From Ostreococcus lucimarinus (taxonomy: Eukaryota): DNA of 64,000 nt. Made by a program: the position numbers and the translations under genes. The stretch's first letter is position 1; each line of letters starts with the position of its first letter. The DNA lies in the NCBI GenBank assembly GCA_000092065.1, contig CP000594.1. One strand, given 5' to 3'. Below the pieces are notes generated by a model, which had not been told where the DNA came from, made no database searches, and saw only the letters and a list, made by a program, of their open reading frames with translations. Of the stretch, positions 20,601 to 28,750 are shown piece after piece.

Positions 20601-23600
20601 GTCGCCGTGTGACACTTCACATCGCTGGACTGTTTCAAAGTCCATCATGTTTAGCCAATGCATGTGGCTTAGCTTCGCACCTTCGGTGAAGATTCGAGCC
20701 TGGGAGTAAAGAGGGAATTCAACACTTTTAGTGCTGACATGAAGAACATTACCATTTTGCAGATACTCGATGACACCATGCTCGTTGATGACGATAGAAA
20801 ATGTCTCTCCAGGGCTGTACGCCGAAGGAGGCTCGACAATGCGCTCGTGCCTTTGGAAGGCTGACGCATTGTGTTGGTCATTTATGTATTCGGGTGAATC
20901 ACTATCCAATGAATCAAGTGCCAAGTCTGGCGAAGTACCAAGATGTGTTGAAGGCGGTGGACCTTGAGCATCGTTCTCCGGGGTCGGGACTTGAAGTTGG
21001 CCTTCAATCCCATGTGGTGTATTCGGCTCGGGACGTCGATGTGGCTCGATTGTTTTGATGACAACTCCATCTTCAAGGAGACGCAACGTTCCGGCATCAC
21101 AGTATATCGCAAAGGACAGGTTCGTCTGCGCCGGAGCAGTAGCGGTTTCATTCGCAGCGGTTTCATTCAACTGAGCATCTTGATCACCTTGCACCATGAG
21201 TCCAAACATCATCTGTGACTTGTTGTCGGAACAATCGGCAGACACGCCTTTTTTGGTGTCATTCCAACCGCGAATTGATGAACGACTCGTTGCGAAAGCA
21301 AGTAATGAAGCTTCTTCGATGCGTTTTGCCGCCTCTTCACTCAACACGTGAGCGAGAGATCCAGGTGTAAGAGTCGCATTCTCAGGTAGAAGGAACTCAA
21401 CAGGCTCAAGGTCATCGGCACCTTCAATGATTCGGTAAACCCAGCGCGCGTTGGCCAGCTCTGCGAGGTGGTTGTGAAACGACGTGTCGGCGTAGAGCGG
21501 GAAAGAAGGCGACGTCAAGCTCGTGTACTTGAGATCGCCGTCGACGTAGAACTCAATCGCGCCCGCGTCGTTCACGATCACTTGGAAAGTCTCACCCGCG
21601 ACGAAGACGCCGGCATCGAACTTGTTCACGCCCTTCTCTTGGAATCGGACCTGATTGCCGTTGCAGAACACGGCGTAGTCGATGGTCGTTTGGCTGTGGC
21701 CCGAGGGCGTGCTCGACAAGCCAAACTGCAAGTGCCTGTTGTCGGTGCGCATGCAGTCGCCGGAAATGCCGCGAATCTCGTCGCCGACTTTCGTGATGGC
21801 GCGCGCGCTGTACGCGCCTCTTGCCCAGTTGTTCCCGCCTTGAGTACGTTTGAGGTAGCCCTGTTTGCCGTCCGTCGTCATGCCCTGCGAAAGTCCGACC
21901 CACTCGATGAGATCCAAGTCGTTCGCACCCTCGTGGACAGTCTGTATCCAGGAGACTCGAGAGAAAGACGCGCCTGCAGTGTTGAAGCGCGCGGTGGCGT
22001 AGAGCGGGAAGGCAGGCGCCTCATCAGACGTCGCAAACGCCGCGCCATCCTTGTAGTACGTGACGACGCCCGAGTCGAGCACGACCACTTGGAACGTCTC
22101 ACCGACGAAGTAATCGCCAAAGTCGCCGTCGCGCACGACGCCGTGTTCGGAGATGCGGATCACGCCGTTGTCGCACACAATGCCGAAGTCGACCACCTCG
22201 TCGACGGAGTTCGTCGAGCCAGAGTTCAAGCCAATCATCATGGACTTGTCCGTTTGGTCGCAATCCGCGGAGACGCCACGCACTTCGTCGCCGATCTTCG
22301 TGATGGCACGTTTGCTCGTGGCGCCGACGTTCCAGCCACTGCCTGCCATTGTGCGCGTCACTTGGCCCGCGGAAGACTCGACGCCTTCCGCGTCTTCAAA
22401 CTCCATGGCCGCCAAGTCGTTCGCGCCCTTGACAACCTTGTGAACCCAGCGCGCGTTGGCCAGCTCTGCGAGGTGGTTGTGAAACGACGTGTCCGCGTAG
22501 AGCGGGAAAGAAGGCGACGTCAAGCTCGTGTACTTGAGATCGCCGTCGACGTAGAACTCAATCGCGCCCGCGTCGTTCACGATCACTTGGAAAGTCTCAC
22601 CCGCGACGAAGACGCCGGCATCGAACTTGTTCACGCCCTTCTCTTGGAATCGGACCTGATTGCCGTTGCAGAACACGGCGTAGTCGATGGTCGTTTGGCT
22701 GTGGCCCGAGGGCGTGCTCGACAAGCCAAACTGCAAGTGCCTGTTGTCGGTGCGCATGCAGTCGCCGGAAATGCCGCGAATCTCGTCGCCGACTTTCGTG
22801 ATGGCGCGCGCGCTGTACGCGCCTCTTGCCCAGTTGTTCCCGCCTTGAGTACGTTTGAGGTAGCCCTGTTTGCCGTCCGTCGTCATGCCCTGCGAAAGTC
22901 CGACCCACTCGATGAGATCCAAGTCGTTCGCACCCTCGTGGACAGTCTGTATCCAGGAGACTCGAGAGAAAGACGCGCCTGCAGTGTTGAAGCGCGCGGT
23001 GGCGTAGAGCGGGAAGGCAGGCGCCTCATCAGACGTCGCAAACGCCGCGCCATCCTTGTAGTACGTGACGACGCCCGAGTCGAGCACGACCACTTGGAAC
23101 GTCTCACCGACGAAGTAATCGCCAAAGTCGCCGTCGCGCACGACGCCGTGTTCGGAGATGCGGATCACGCCGTTGTCGCACACAATGCCGAAGTCGACCA
23201 CCTCGTCGACGGAGTTCGTCGAGCCAGAGTTCAAGCCAATCATCATGGACTTGTCCGTTTGGTCGCAATCCGCGGAGACGCCACGCACTTCGTCGCCGAT
23301 CTTCGTGATGGCACGTTTGCTCGTGGCGCCGACGTTCCAGCCACTGCCTGCCATTGTGCGCGTCACTTGGCCCGCGGAAGACTCGACGCCTTCCGCGTCT
23401 TCAAACTCCATGGCCGCCAAGTCGTTCGCGCCCTTGACAACCTTGTGAACCCAGCGCGCGTTGGCGAGCTCTGCGAGGTGGTTGTGAAACGACGTGTCCG
23501 CGTAGAGCGGGAAAGAAGGCGACGTCAAGCTCGTGTACTTGAGATCGCCGTCGACGTAGAACTCAATCGCGCCCGCGTCGTTCACGATCACTTGGAAAGT

Positions 23601-24137
23601 CTCACCTGCGACGAAGACGCCGGCATCGAACTTGTTCACGCCCTTCTCTTGGAATCGGACCTGATTGCCGTTGCAGAACACGGCGTAGTCGATGGTCGTT
23701 TGGCTGTGGCCCAAGGGCGTGCTCGACAAGCCAAACTGCAAGTGCCTGTTGTCGGTGCGCATGCAGTCGCCGGAAATGCCGCGAATCTCGTCGCCAACTT
23801 TCGTGATGGCGCGCGCGCTGTACGCGCCTCTTGCCCAGTTGTTCCCGCCTTGAGTACGTTTGAGGTAGCCCTGTTTGCCGTCCGTCGTCATGCCCTGCGA
23901 AAGTCCGACCCACTCGATGAGATCCAAGTCGTTCGCGCTTTCCACGGTCCCTTGTCTCGCCACCGTGCGCACGATCGTCGGTCTCTCTCCTAACCCGACG
24001 CCCAGCGCGCTCAGCGCCAGCCCCGCGCACGCCGCCCGCGCGCCCCATCGCCAGATTCCACCGGAAACCTCCTCGCGACGCCTCTCCGACCGCAACAACG
24101 GCGTCGCCTCATCCCTCGACGTCCACCTCGCCGCCAT
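17640..24137 (-). CDS. giant membrane-anchored tandem-repeat protein (~2165 aa): ~12 SPRY/ConA-like beta-sandwich domains
   Basis: Continuous ORF; the first ATG is 24135-24137 (the track start 24200 is TTG). An N-terminal cytoplasmic tail precedes the signal-anchor IWRWGARAACAGLALSALGVGLG. Six near-identical 335-aa units follow, each an A+B subdomain pair. The A subdomain reads …WARGAYSARAITKVGDEIRGISGDC…IDYAVFCNGNQVRFQEKG…GETFQVIVNDAGAIEFYVDGDL…SFPLYADTSF. The B subdomain reads …WNVGATSKRAITKIGDEVRGVSADC…VDFGIVCDNGVIRISEHG…GETFQVVVLDSGVVTYYKDGAAF…AFPLYATARF. A divergent central segment carries two degenerate copies and a P/acidic linker. Confidence 0.6.
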   Translation of the reverse strand: MAARWTSRDEATPLLRSERRREEVSGGIWRWGARAACAGLALSALGVGLGERPTIVRTVARQGTVESANDLDLIEWVGLSQGMTTDGKQGYLKRTQGGNNWARGAYSARAITKVGDEIRGISGDCMRTDNRHLQFGLSSTPLGHSQTTIDYAVFCNGNQVRFQEKGVNKFDAGVFVAGETFQVIVNDAGAIEFYVDGDLKYTSLTSPSFPLYADTSFHNHLAELANARWVHKVVKGANDLAAMEFEDAEGVESSAGQVTRTMAGSGWNVGATSKRAITKIGDEVRGVSADCDQTDKSMMIGLNSGSTNSVDEVVDFGIVCDNGVIRISEHGVVRDGDFGDYFVGETFQVVVLDSGVVTYYKDGAAFATSDEAPAFPLYATARFNTAGASFSRVSWIQTVHEGANDLDLIEWVGLSQGMTTDGKQGYLKRTQGGNNWARGAYSARAITKVGDEIRGISGDCMRTDNRHLQFGLSSTPSGHSQTTIDYAVFCNGNQVRFQEKGVNKFDAGVFVAGETFQVIVNDAGAIEFYVDGDLKYTSLTSPSFPLYADTSFHNHLAELANARWVHKVVKGANDLAAMEFEDAEGVESSAGQVTRTMAGSGWNVGATSKRAITKIGDEVRGVSADCDQTDKSMMIGLNSGSTNSVDEVVDFGIVCDNGVIRISEHGVVRDGDFGDYFVGETFQVVVLDSGVVTYYKDGAAFATSDEAPAFPLYATARFNTAGASFSRVSWIQTVHEGANDLDLIEWVGLSQGMTTDGKQGYLKRTQGGNNWARGAYSARAITKVGDEIRGISGDCMRTDNRHLQFGLSSTPSGHSQTTIDYAVFCNGNQVRFQEKGVNKFDAGVFVAGETFQVIVNDAGAIEFYVDGDLKYTSLTSPSFPLYADTSFHNHLAELANARWVYRIIEGADDLEPVEFLLPENATLTPGSLAHVLSEEAAKRIEEASLLAFATSRSSIRGWNDTKKGVSADCSDNKSQMMFGLMVQGDQDAQLNETAANETATAPAQTNLSFAIYCDAGTLRLLEDGVVIKTIEPHRRPEPNTPHGIEGQLQVPTPENDAQGPPPSTHLGTSPDLALDSLDSDSPEYINDQHNASAFQRHERIVEPPSAYSPGETFSIVINEHGVIEYLQNGNVLHVSTKSVEFPLYSQARIFTEGAKLSHMHWLNMMDFETVQRCEVSHGDVYLPVTPEKMDIVRSTSKRAVTKIYDEVRGISADCSDTTTKMIFGLSSAHYTPSDGDAIEYAVGCNAGTMEVYEDGELMATIGTYLAGETFQVAFNDEGIVHYYKEGHSVYNSSREPIFPLFADGYVDEGGGHLENVKWIKVVHKGSRDLDLIEWVGLSQGMTTDGKQGYLKRTQGGNNWARGAYSARAITKVGDEVRGISGDCMRTDNRHLQFGLSSTPSGHSQTTIDYAVFCNGNQVRFQEKGVNKFDAGVFVAGETFQVIVNDAGAIEFYVDGDLKYTSLTSPSFPLYADTSFHNHLAELANARWVHKVVKGANDLAAMEFEDAEGVESSAGQVTRTMAGSGWNVGATSKRAITKIGDEVRGVSADCDQTDKSMMIGLNSGSTNSVDEVVDFGIVCDNGVIRISEHGVVRDGDFGDYFVGETFQVVVLDSGVVTYYKDGAAFATSDEAPAFPLYATARFNTAGASFSRVSWIQTVHEGANDLDLIEWVGLSQGMTTDGKQGYLKRTQGGNNWARGAYSARAITKVGDEIRGISGDCMRTDNRHLQFGLSSTPSGHSQTTIDYAVFCNGNQVRFQEKGVNKFDAGVFVAGETFQVIVNDAGAIEFYVDGDLKYTSLTSPSFPLYADTSFHNHLAELANARWVHKVVKGANDLAAMEFEDAEGVESSAGQVTRTMAGSGWNVGATSKRAITKIGDEVRGVSADCDQTDKSMMIGLNSGSTNSVDEVVDFGIVCDNGVIRISEHGVVRDGDFGDYFVGETFQVVVLDSGVVTYYKDGAAFATSDEAPAFPLYATARFNTAGASFSRVSWIQTVHEGANDLDLIEWVGLSQGMTTDGKQGYLKRTQGGNNWARGAYSARAITKVGDEIRGISGDCMRTDNRHLQFGLSSTPSGHSQTTIDYAVFCNGNQVRFQEKGVNKFDAGVFVAGETFQVIVNDAGAIEFYVDGDLKYTSLTSPSFPLYADTSFHNHLAELANARWISAVPTPA
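17659..20157. repeat. tandem array, 1005-bp period (~2.5 units), near-identical copies (coding, C-terminal half of giant protein)
   Basis: The motif cccagcgcgcgttggccagctctgcgaggtggttgtgaaacg recurs at 17659/18671/19676. The antisense track ORFs 17818/18823/19828 are identical apart from single substitutions. Confidence 0.9.
21440..23936. repeat. second tandem array of the same 1005-bp unit (~2.5 units) (coding, N-terminal half of giant protein)
   Basis: Same motif at 21443/22445/23450. The antisense track ORFs 21592/22597/23602 are identical to those in array 1. Confidence 0.9.
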
Positions 24138-24393
24138 CGTCGCGCCCGTCTCCCTCACGCGCGCGCGAAATCGATTCAACACCTCCTCACGGCACCGCAA
24201 ACGTCACGAGTCGACGCGCGTCGCCTCGTTCTTTCGCGCGCGCTCGCACCGCGTGGGTCCCGAGACCGGTCGCGCGAGTTATTTCTCCGCCCCGCTCACT
24301 CGCTCGTTCGACGCGCGCCTCGCCGTCGCGGCCGCGCGTCGCTGAATGCCGCGCGCGCCCGGTCCGCGCTGATTGTGCTGACTCGTCAAAGGT

Positions 24394-24480
24394 GTTACGC
24401 GAGTGGGTCGTCGCTTGAGTCATGAACCCTCGATGGTTACGCGAGTGGGTCGTCGCTTGAGTCATGAACCCTCGATGGTT
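24394..24480. repeat. 42-bp perfect tandem duplication (2 copies + 3 nt)
   Basis: gttacgcgagtgggtcgtcgcttgagtcatgaaccctcgatg occurs at 24394..24435 and 24436..24477. It lies in the 5' flank of the glucosidase II beta gene and produces the spurious ATG at 24464 used by the track ORF. Confidence 0.9.
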
Positions 24481-24541
24481 GATTTGTTTCGCCTTTTCGG
24501 TCGTGGCACACGAACCGCACTTCGCGACGCCTCGACCGACG

Positions 24542-26053
24542 ATGCGGCGTCGCGCGCGCGCGACGCTTCGCGCGGCGTGCGTCGCGTGCGTCCTGTCCGC
24601 GACCGTCGTCGCCGCGTCGACGATGCGCGCCGACGCGCGACGCGCGGCGCGGCGAGGCGTCGACCCGATGGCGATCGCATCGTACGACGTCGAGACGTTT
24701 CGCTGCGACGACGGCGCGACGACGCTCGCGATCGCGCGCGTGAACGATGATTATTGCGATTGCGCGGACGGGTCGGACGAACCGGGGACGAGCGCGTGCG
24801 CGGGTCGAGGGCTGGGGAGGGATTCGTTTTACTGTCGAAACCTCGGGGCGACGCCGCGCGCGGTGCCGAGTTCGCGAGTGGACGACGGCGTGTGCGATTG
24901 CTGCGACGGTAGCGACGAAGCGCACGGGAGAAAGGGGACGGTGTGTGAGAACACGTGCACTAGCGAGGCGCGGGCGAGGCGAGAGACGTTGATGGCGACG
25001 CTGGCGGAGCACACAAGAGGGGCGAAGGCACGCGGGAAGGCGGCGGGCAAGGCGAACGGAAAGCGAGAGGGCTGGATTAGGGAGCGCGCGGCGTTGGAGA
25101 GGGAGATGAGCGGGAAGAGGGAGCGTGTTGAGGCGTTGAGAGTCGAGGCGGAGGCGGCGGAAGAGGAAGAGCGGAAGATTCGCGAGGAGAAGGAGGCGGA
25201 GGAAGCCGAGGCGAAGGAGAAAATCGCGGCGGACGCGGTCAAAGCCGAGGATGCCGAGAACGACGCAGGCGCGGCGGAACGAGACGTGGAAAATTCTAAC
25301 GTCGACGAACCGGAAGCTCCAGCAGAGGAGACGGATGAGGAGCGCGGCAAACGCATCGCGAGTCAGTGGATCTCAAACGACGAGAAGAGCGCTGACGACT
25401 CTTCGGCGAGCGAAGAAGAAAAAGTCGCCGCCGAGGGCGCTGTTGAGAGCGACGACTTTATGAGACCCCCTCGCAAGGTTGGTTCGTTCTTTAAACGCTT
25501 GCGGGACGTCGTGCGTCGACCTCGCGACGCCGTACTCGCGTCGCAGGCAAAGTCAAAGCGAGACGCGTACGACGTCGAGCGGCGCGCGCTGGAGGCCAAC
25601 GACGATAAACTCAGAGAGCTGCGAGAAAACATCGATCGCGATTACGGCCCGGACGACGCTCTTATTTCGTTACAAGGTTTGTGTTTCGATCAGAAGATAG
25701 AAAAGTACGTGTACAAGGCGTGCCCGTTTGGTGAGGCCAAACAAGACAACACGCAACTTGGACGAAACTCTGAAGGCGTCCGAATCGACGCCGACGGTAA
25801 GACGATGACTCTGAAATTCGCAGACGGCGACGCGTGTTGGAACGGTCCGAAGCGCTCGCTCACGCTCACCCTCAAATGTGGCGACAAAGAGCGCTTAGCC
25901 GCGATCGAAGAACCGTCTCGATGCGAATACGTCGGCGTCTTCTACGCCCCCGCGGCGTGCGACGACGCCTCCGTCTTCGCCTTGGAGCGCGAGCTCAGCG
26001 ATCTCGACCGCATCCTCGCGGCGTCTTCCATCTCACCGCGCGACGAATTGTAA
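24542..26053 (+). CDS. GIIbeta: glucosidase II beta subunit (PRKCSH-like), ER-retained (RDEL)
   Basis: Signal peptide MRRRARATLRAACVACVLSATVVAAS. Two LDLa-like Ca-binding modules (FRCDDG…VNDDYCDCADGSDEPGTSAC; FYCRNLG…VDDGVCDCCDGSDE). An acidic coiled-coil follows, then an MRH domain (CWNGPKRSLTLTLKCGDKERL…CEYVGVFYAPAAC) and a C-terminal RDEL*. Confidence 0.8.
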   Translation: MRRRARATLRAACVACVLSATVVAASTMRADARRAARRGVDPMAIASYDVETFRCDDGATTLAIARVNDDYCDCADGSDEPGTSACAGRGLGRDSFYCRNLGATPRAVPSSRVDDGVCDCCDGSDEAHGRKGTVCENTCTSEARARRETLMATLAEHTRGAKARGKAAGKANGKREGWIRERAALEREMSGKRERVEALRVEAEAAEEEERKIREEKEAEEAEAKEKIAADAVKAEDAENDAGAAERDVENSNVDEPEAPAEETDEERGKRIASQWISNDEKSADDSSASEEEKVAAEGAVESDDFMRPPRKVGSFFKRLRDVVRRPRDAVLASQAKSKRDAYDVERRALEANDDKLRELRENIDRDYGPDDALISLQGLCFDQKIEKYVYKACPFGEAKQDNTQLGRNSEGVRIDADGKTMTLKFADGDACWNGPKRSLTLTLKCGDKERLAAIEEPSRCEYVGVFYAPAACDDASVFALERELSDLDRILAASSISPRDEL

Positions 26054-26079
26054 TCCACGCGTTCGTCGTCCCCGCTCGA

Positions 26080-26265
26080 TCACACGTCGAACCCCTCCGC
26101 GCGCAAACACTTCAGGTGTTGCTCAATCTTCTCCCTGCACGCCCCGTCCTCGTCCGCCCCGTGCGTCACCACGCACTCGTCCCGCGCGCGCTTCGTCTCC
26201 GGACACGCGCAGCATATTTTCTTCGGCTTTTCTTTCGTCTCCGCTTTGCTCGCCGCGCCTCCCAT
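26080..26265 (-). CDS. COX17: cytochrome c oxidase copper chaperone COX17
   Basis: 61 aa: …KKICCACPETKRARDECVV…GACREKIEQHLKCLRAEGFDV*. It has the CCxC copper motif and twin Cx9C. Confidence 0.85.
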   Translation of the reverse strand: MGGAASKAETKEKPKKICCACPETKRARDECVVTHGADEDGACREKIEQHLKCLRAEGFDV

Positions 26266-26318
26266 CGCGCGCGTCGGAATTTGACGTCACTCCTGGTCCG
26301 CGCGCGCGTCTCGCCGCC

Positions 26319-27974
26319 ATGTCGCGCGTCGCGACGCCCGCGCCGCGCGCGCCGCTTCGCTCGACGCGCGCCTCGCGATGCGCGCGCGCGCGTCGTCCCT
26401 CTCGCGCGACGACGACGCGATGCGCGCCCGCGCGCGACGCGACGACGCGTTCGATGACGCGCGGGCGACGCGCGGGCGCGCTCGCGCCGGCGCCGATGAC
26501 GCGCGCGGGCGCGGCGACGCGGCGACGCGCGCTGCAGACGACGGAGGACACGCCCGTGAGCGCGGAGGCGAGGGCGGAGGCGTACGATTGGCGCGCGCAC
26601 TGGTACCCGGCGGCGTACGTCGCCGACGTGGAGAAGGACGCGCCGCTGACGTTTACGCTCCTGGGCGAACCGCTGGTGTTCTGGCGGGACAAGAGCGGCG
26701 AGATGCGCTGCGTCGCGGATAGGTGCCCGCACAGGTTGGTACCGCTGAGCGAAGGACGCGTCAACGAGACGGGTGAGCTCGAGTGCGGGTATCACGGGTG
26801 GACGTTTACGGGAGAGGGTAAGTGCACGTCCATTCCGCAAATCGAGCAAGGGACGGGTTTGGAGACGGCTTTGAAGTCTCCGAGATCGTGCGTCGCGGCG
26901 TACCCGACGAAAGAGGCGCAAGGCATGCTTTGGGTGTATCCGACCTCGATGGATAAAGCGCCGGCGACGCTGCCAGATTTGCCGCTAATCCCAGAGTACG
27001 ACGACCCGGAGTGCGTGTGTCAAGACATCTTTCGGGATCTTCCCATGGATTGGGCGACTTTGCTTGAAAACGTCATGGATGTTAGTCATGTGCCGTTTAC
27101 GCATCACAACAGCGTTGGTAAGCGAGAAAATGCGACGCCAGTGAATTTGGAATTGGCGAGCGCCGCGGGCGTCACGGCGAACGGATTCGAAGGGATATGG
27201 AAGGAAGGTCCGAGGAAAGGTAAATATGGGTCTCAATACACCGAGTTCAAAGCACCGACGTTAATGCGCCACACGCTCAAGACGGAGGCTTTCACGACGC
27301 TCACCGTCGTGTACGCGGTGCCGACGACACCCGGCCGATGCCGACTTATGGCGCGATTTCCATTCATCTTCAAATCGGCGTTGCCGCGATTCTTTTTCGG
27401 TCTTTACCCGCAATGGTTCTCGCACACGAATCAAAATGCAATTTTAGAGGATGACCAAATCTTCTTGCACAAGCAAGAGCGATTGATCGAGGTTGAGCAA
27501 AAAGAAGGCAAGTCATACGCGCAGTCGTGCTACATGCCCACCAAGGCAGACGTCTACGTTTCGGCGTTCCGCAAGTGGATTGTCGACGTCGCCGGCGGCG
27601 GTCCAGCGTGGCCGAAGGATATGCCCACTGATTTGCCACCGCAAGAAACCACGCGCGAGGCTTTGCTCGATCGCTACCATTCGCACACGATAAACTGCAA
27701 GTCGTGCGCCAGCGCTTTGGCGAAAATCGGCAAGGCGCGAAAGGCGCTTCGCGTGCTCACCTTTGTCGCTCTCGCCGCTGCCGTGGCGACTTTTGCGCGA
27801 GCAGTACCGTTGAAGTACACGATCGCCTTGTCGGTACTATCCGCCGCGTGCGCTTTGGTTCGCGAGAAACTCGGCGCGTTTGCCGCGAAGATGAAAATCG
27901 GGCCGTATCCGCCACCGCGCAGACCGCCATCCATGATGGAGGCAGCGTTGCAACAAGCGCGAATCGCGTTTTAA
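26319..27974 (+). CDS. Rieske [2Fe-2S] non-heme iron oxygenase of the PAO/Tic55/PTC52 family, plastid transit peptide
   Basis: Rieske CPHRLVPLSEG…CGYHGWTF. Mononuclear iron site NVMDVSHVPFTHH. C-terminal CxxC (INCKSCASAL) and two C-terminal TM helices. N-terminal ~75 aa is R/A/T/S-rich. Confidence 0.8.
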   Translation: MSRVATPAPRAPLRSTRASRCARARRPSRATTTRCAPARDATTRSMTRGRRAGALAPAPMTRAGAATRRRALQTTEDTPVSAEARAEAYDWRAHWYPAAYVADVEKDAPLTFTLLGEPLVFWRDKSGEMRCVADRCPHRLVPLSEGRVNETGELECGYHGWTFTGEGKCTSIPQIEQGTGLETALKSPRSCVAAYPTKEAQGMLWVYPTSMDKAPATLPDLPLIPEYDDPECVCQDIFRDLPMDWATLLENVMDVSHVPFTHHNSVGKRENATPVNLELASAAGVTANGFEGIWKEGPRKGKYGSQYTEFKAPTLMRHTLKTEAFTTLTVVYAVPTTPGRCRLMARFPFIFKSALPRFFFGLYPQWFSHTNQNAILEDDQIFLHKQERLIEVEQKEGKSYAQSCYMPTKADVYVSAFRKWIVDVAGGGPAWPKDMPTDLPPQETTREALLDRYHSHTINCKSCASALAKIGKARKALRVLTFVALAAAVATFARAVPLKYTIALSVLSAACALVREKLGAFAAKMKIGPYPPPRRPPSMMEAALQQARIAF

Positions 27975-28068
27975 TCAGGCGTTTTAATCAGGCGATTCAG
28001 TTAGTATATTCATGATTACAACCATTTTTACGCTCATCTCTCATCGTCATCGAACAGTCACGACGATA

Positions 28069-28428
28069 TTACGAAAACGCGAGCGTCTTCGACCCCGATT
28101 CCAGACACGCCGAACATCTCCAGGAGACGCTCCTTGAGAGGCGCGAGAGCAATCCAGCCTTTTTTGCGCATCTCGCGTGCACGAAGCGTTCGCATGCGCG
28201 ACAGCGCAGCCAGGGATTAATTAATTCGAACGAGCGATGTTCGATGCGCACGTCAAGATGGGTTTCACACAGCGCGCACGCTTGTTCGTTCAAGACGAGA
28301 CGAGAACGCGCGCGCGTGCGCGCGCGCGTGCCCAACGCCGCCGGCGCGGATCTCGGCACGAATAATTTCTCCAGCGACATCTCGAATGTGGGCTCGTCGT
28401 AACGCGTGTTGAACATCTCCGTGAGCAC
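28069..28428 (-). CDS. small PHD-type (C4HC3) zinc-finger protein
   Basis: 119 aa. C-x2-C-x22-C-x2-C-x4-H-x2-C-x17-C-x2-C (CALCETHL…CRACERFVHARC…WRCSAC). Confidence 0.35.
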   Translation of the reverse strand: MLTEMFNTRYDEPTFEMSLEKLFVPRSAPAALGTRARTRARSRLVLNEQACALCETHLDVRIEHRSFELINPWLRCRACERFVHARCAKKAGLLSRLSRSVSWRCSACLESGSKTLAFS

Positions 28429-28750
28429 GCGCGCTCGCGCGGTCTCGAACGCGTCCGCCGCGAGTTGTTCCGCGCAAACTCGTCTCTGCGGCGCAGTGAG
28501 TGAAAATTCAAATTTGAACGAAACTTTTGACGTACCTTGAGCGTTTCTGGCGTGCGCGCGCGTCGAACGAGCTCGATTTCGAAGTGTTTTGTCGTTTTTC
28601 GTTGCGCTCTATCCTTTTTGGGCGGCATGAGACGGTGAAGAGGCGACGAATGAAGTCTGTTGTGTTGTCAAAGCGTCGAGGCGAGTCGATGTTCTATCAT
28701 CATTGTAGACGTCTATCATTGTAGGCTATCATCGTTGTAGACGCTTCTTG

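Noticed and set aside
17694-23993. Long plus-strand ORFs (822 aa and 841 aa) and many ~80-100-aa ORFs repeating every 1005 bp across the repeat arrays
   Set aside because: They are antisense to the giant repeat-protein CDS. High GC3 codon bias keeps mirror frames open. Their translations are Arg/Ala/Val-rich low complexity. Their periodicity simply mirrors the coding repeats.
17659-24000. Possibility that the 1005-bp repeats are a CRISPR array, satellite or transposon cluster
   Set aside because: The repeats are in-frame coding units of one long ORF with conserved domain-like blocks. There are no short spacers, no terminal inverted repeats or target-site duplications, and no transposase.
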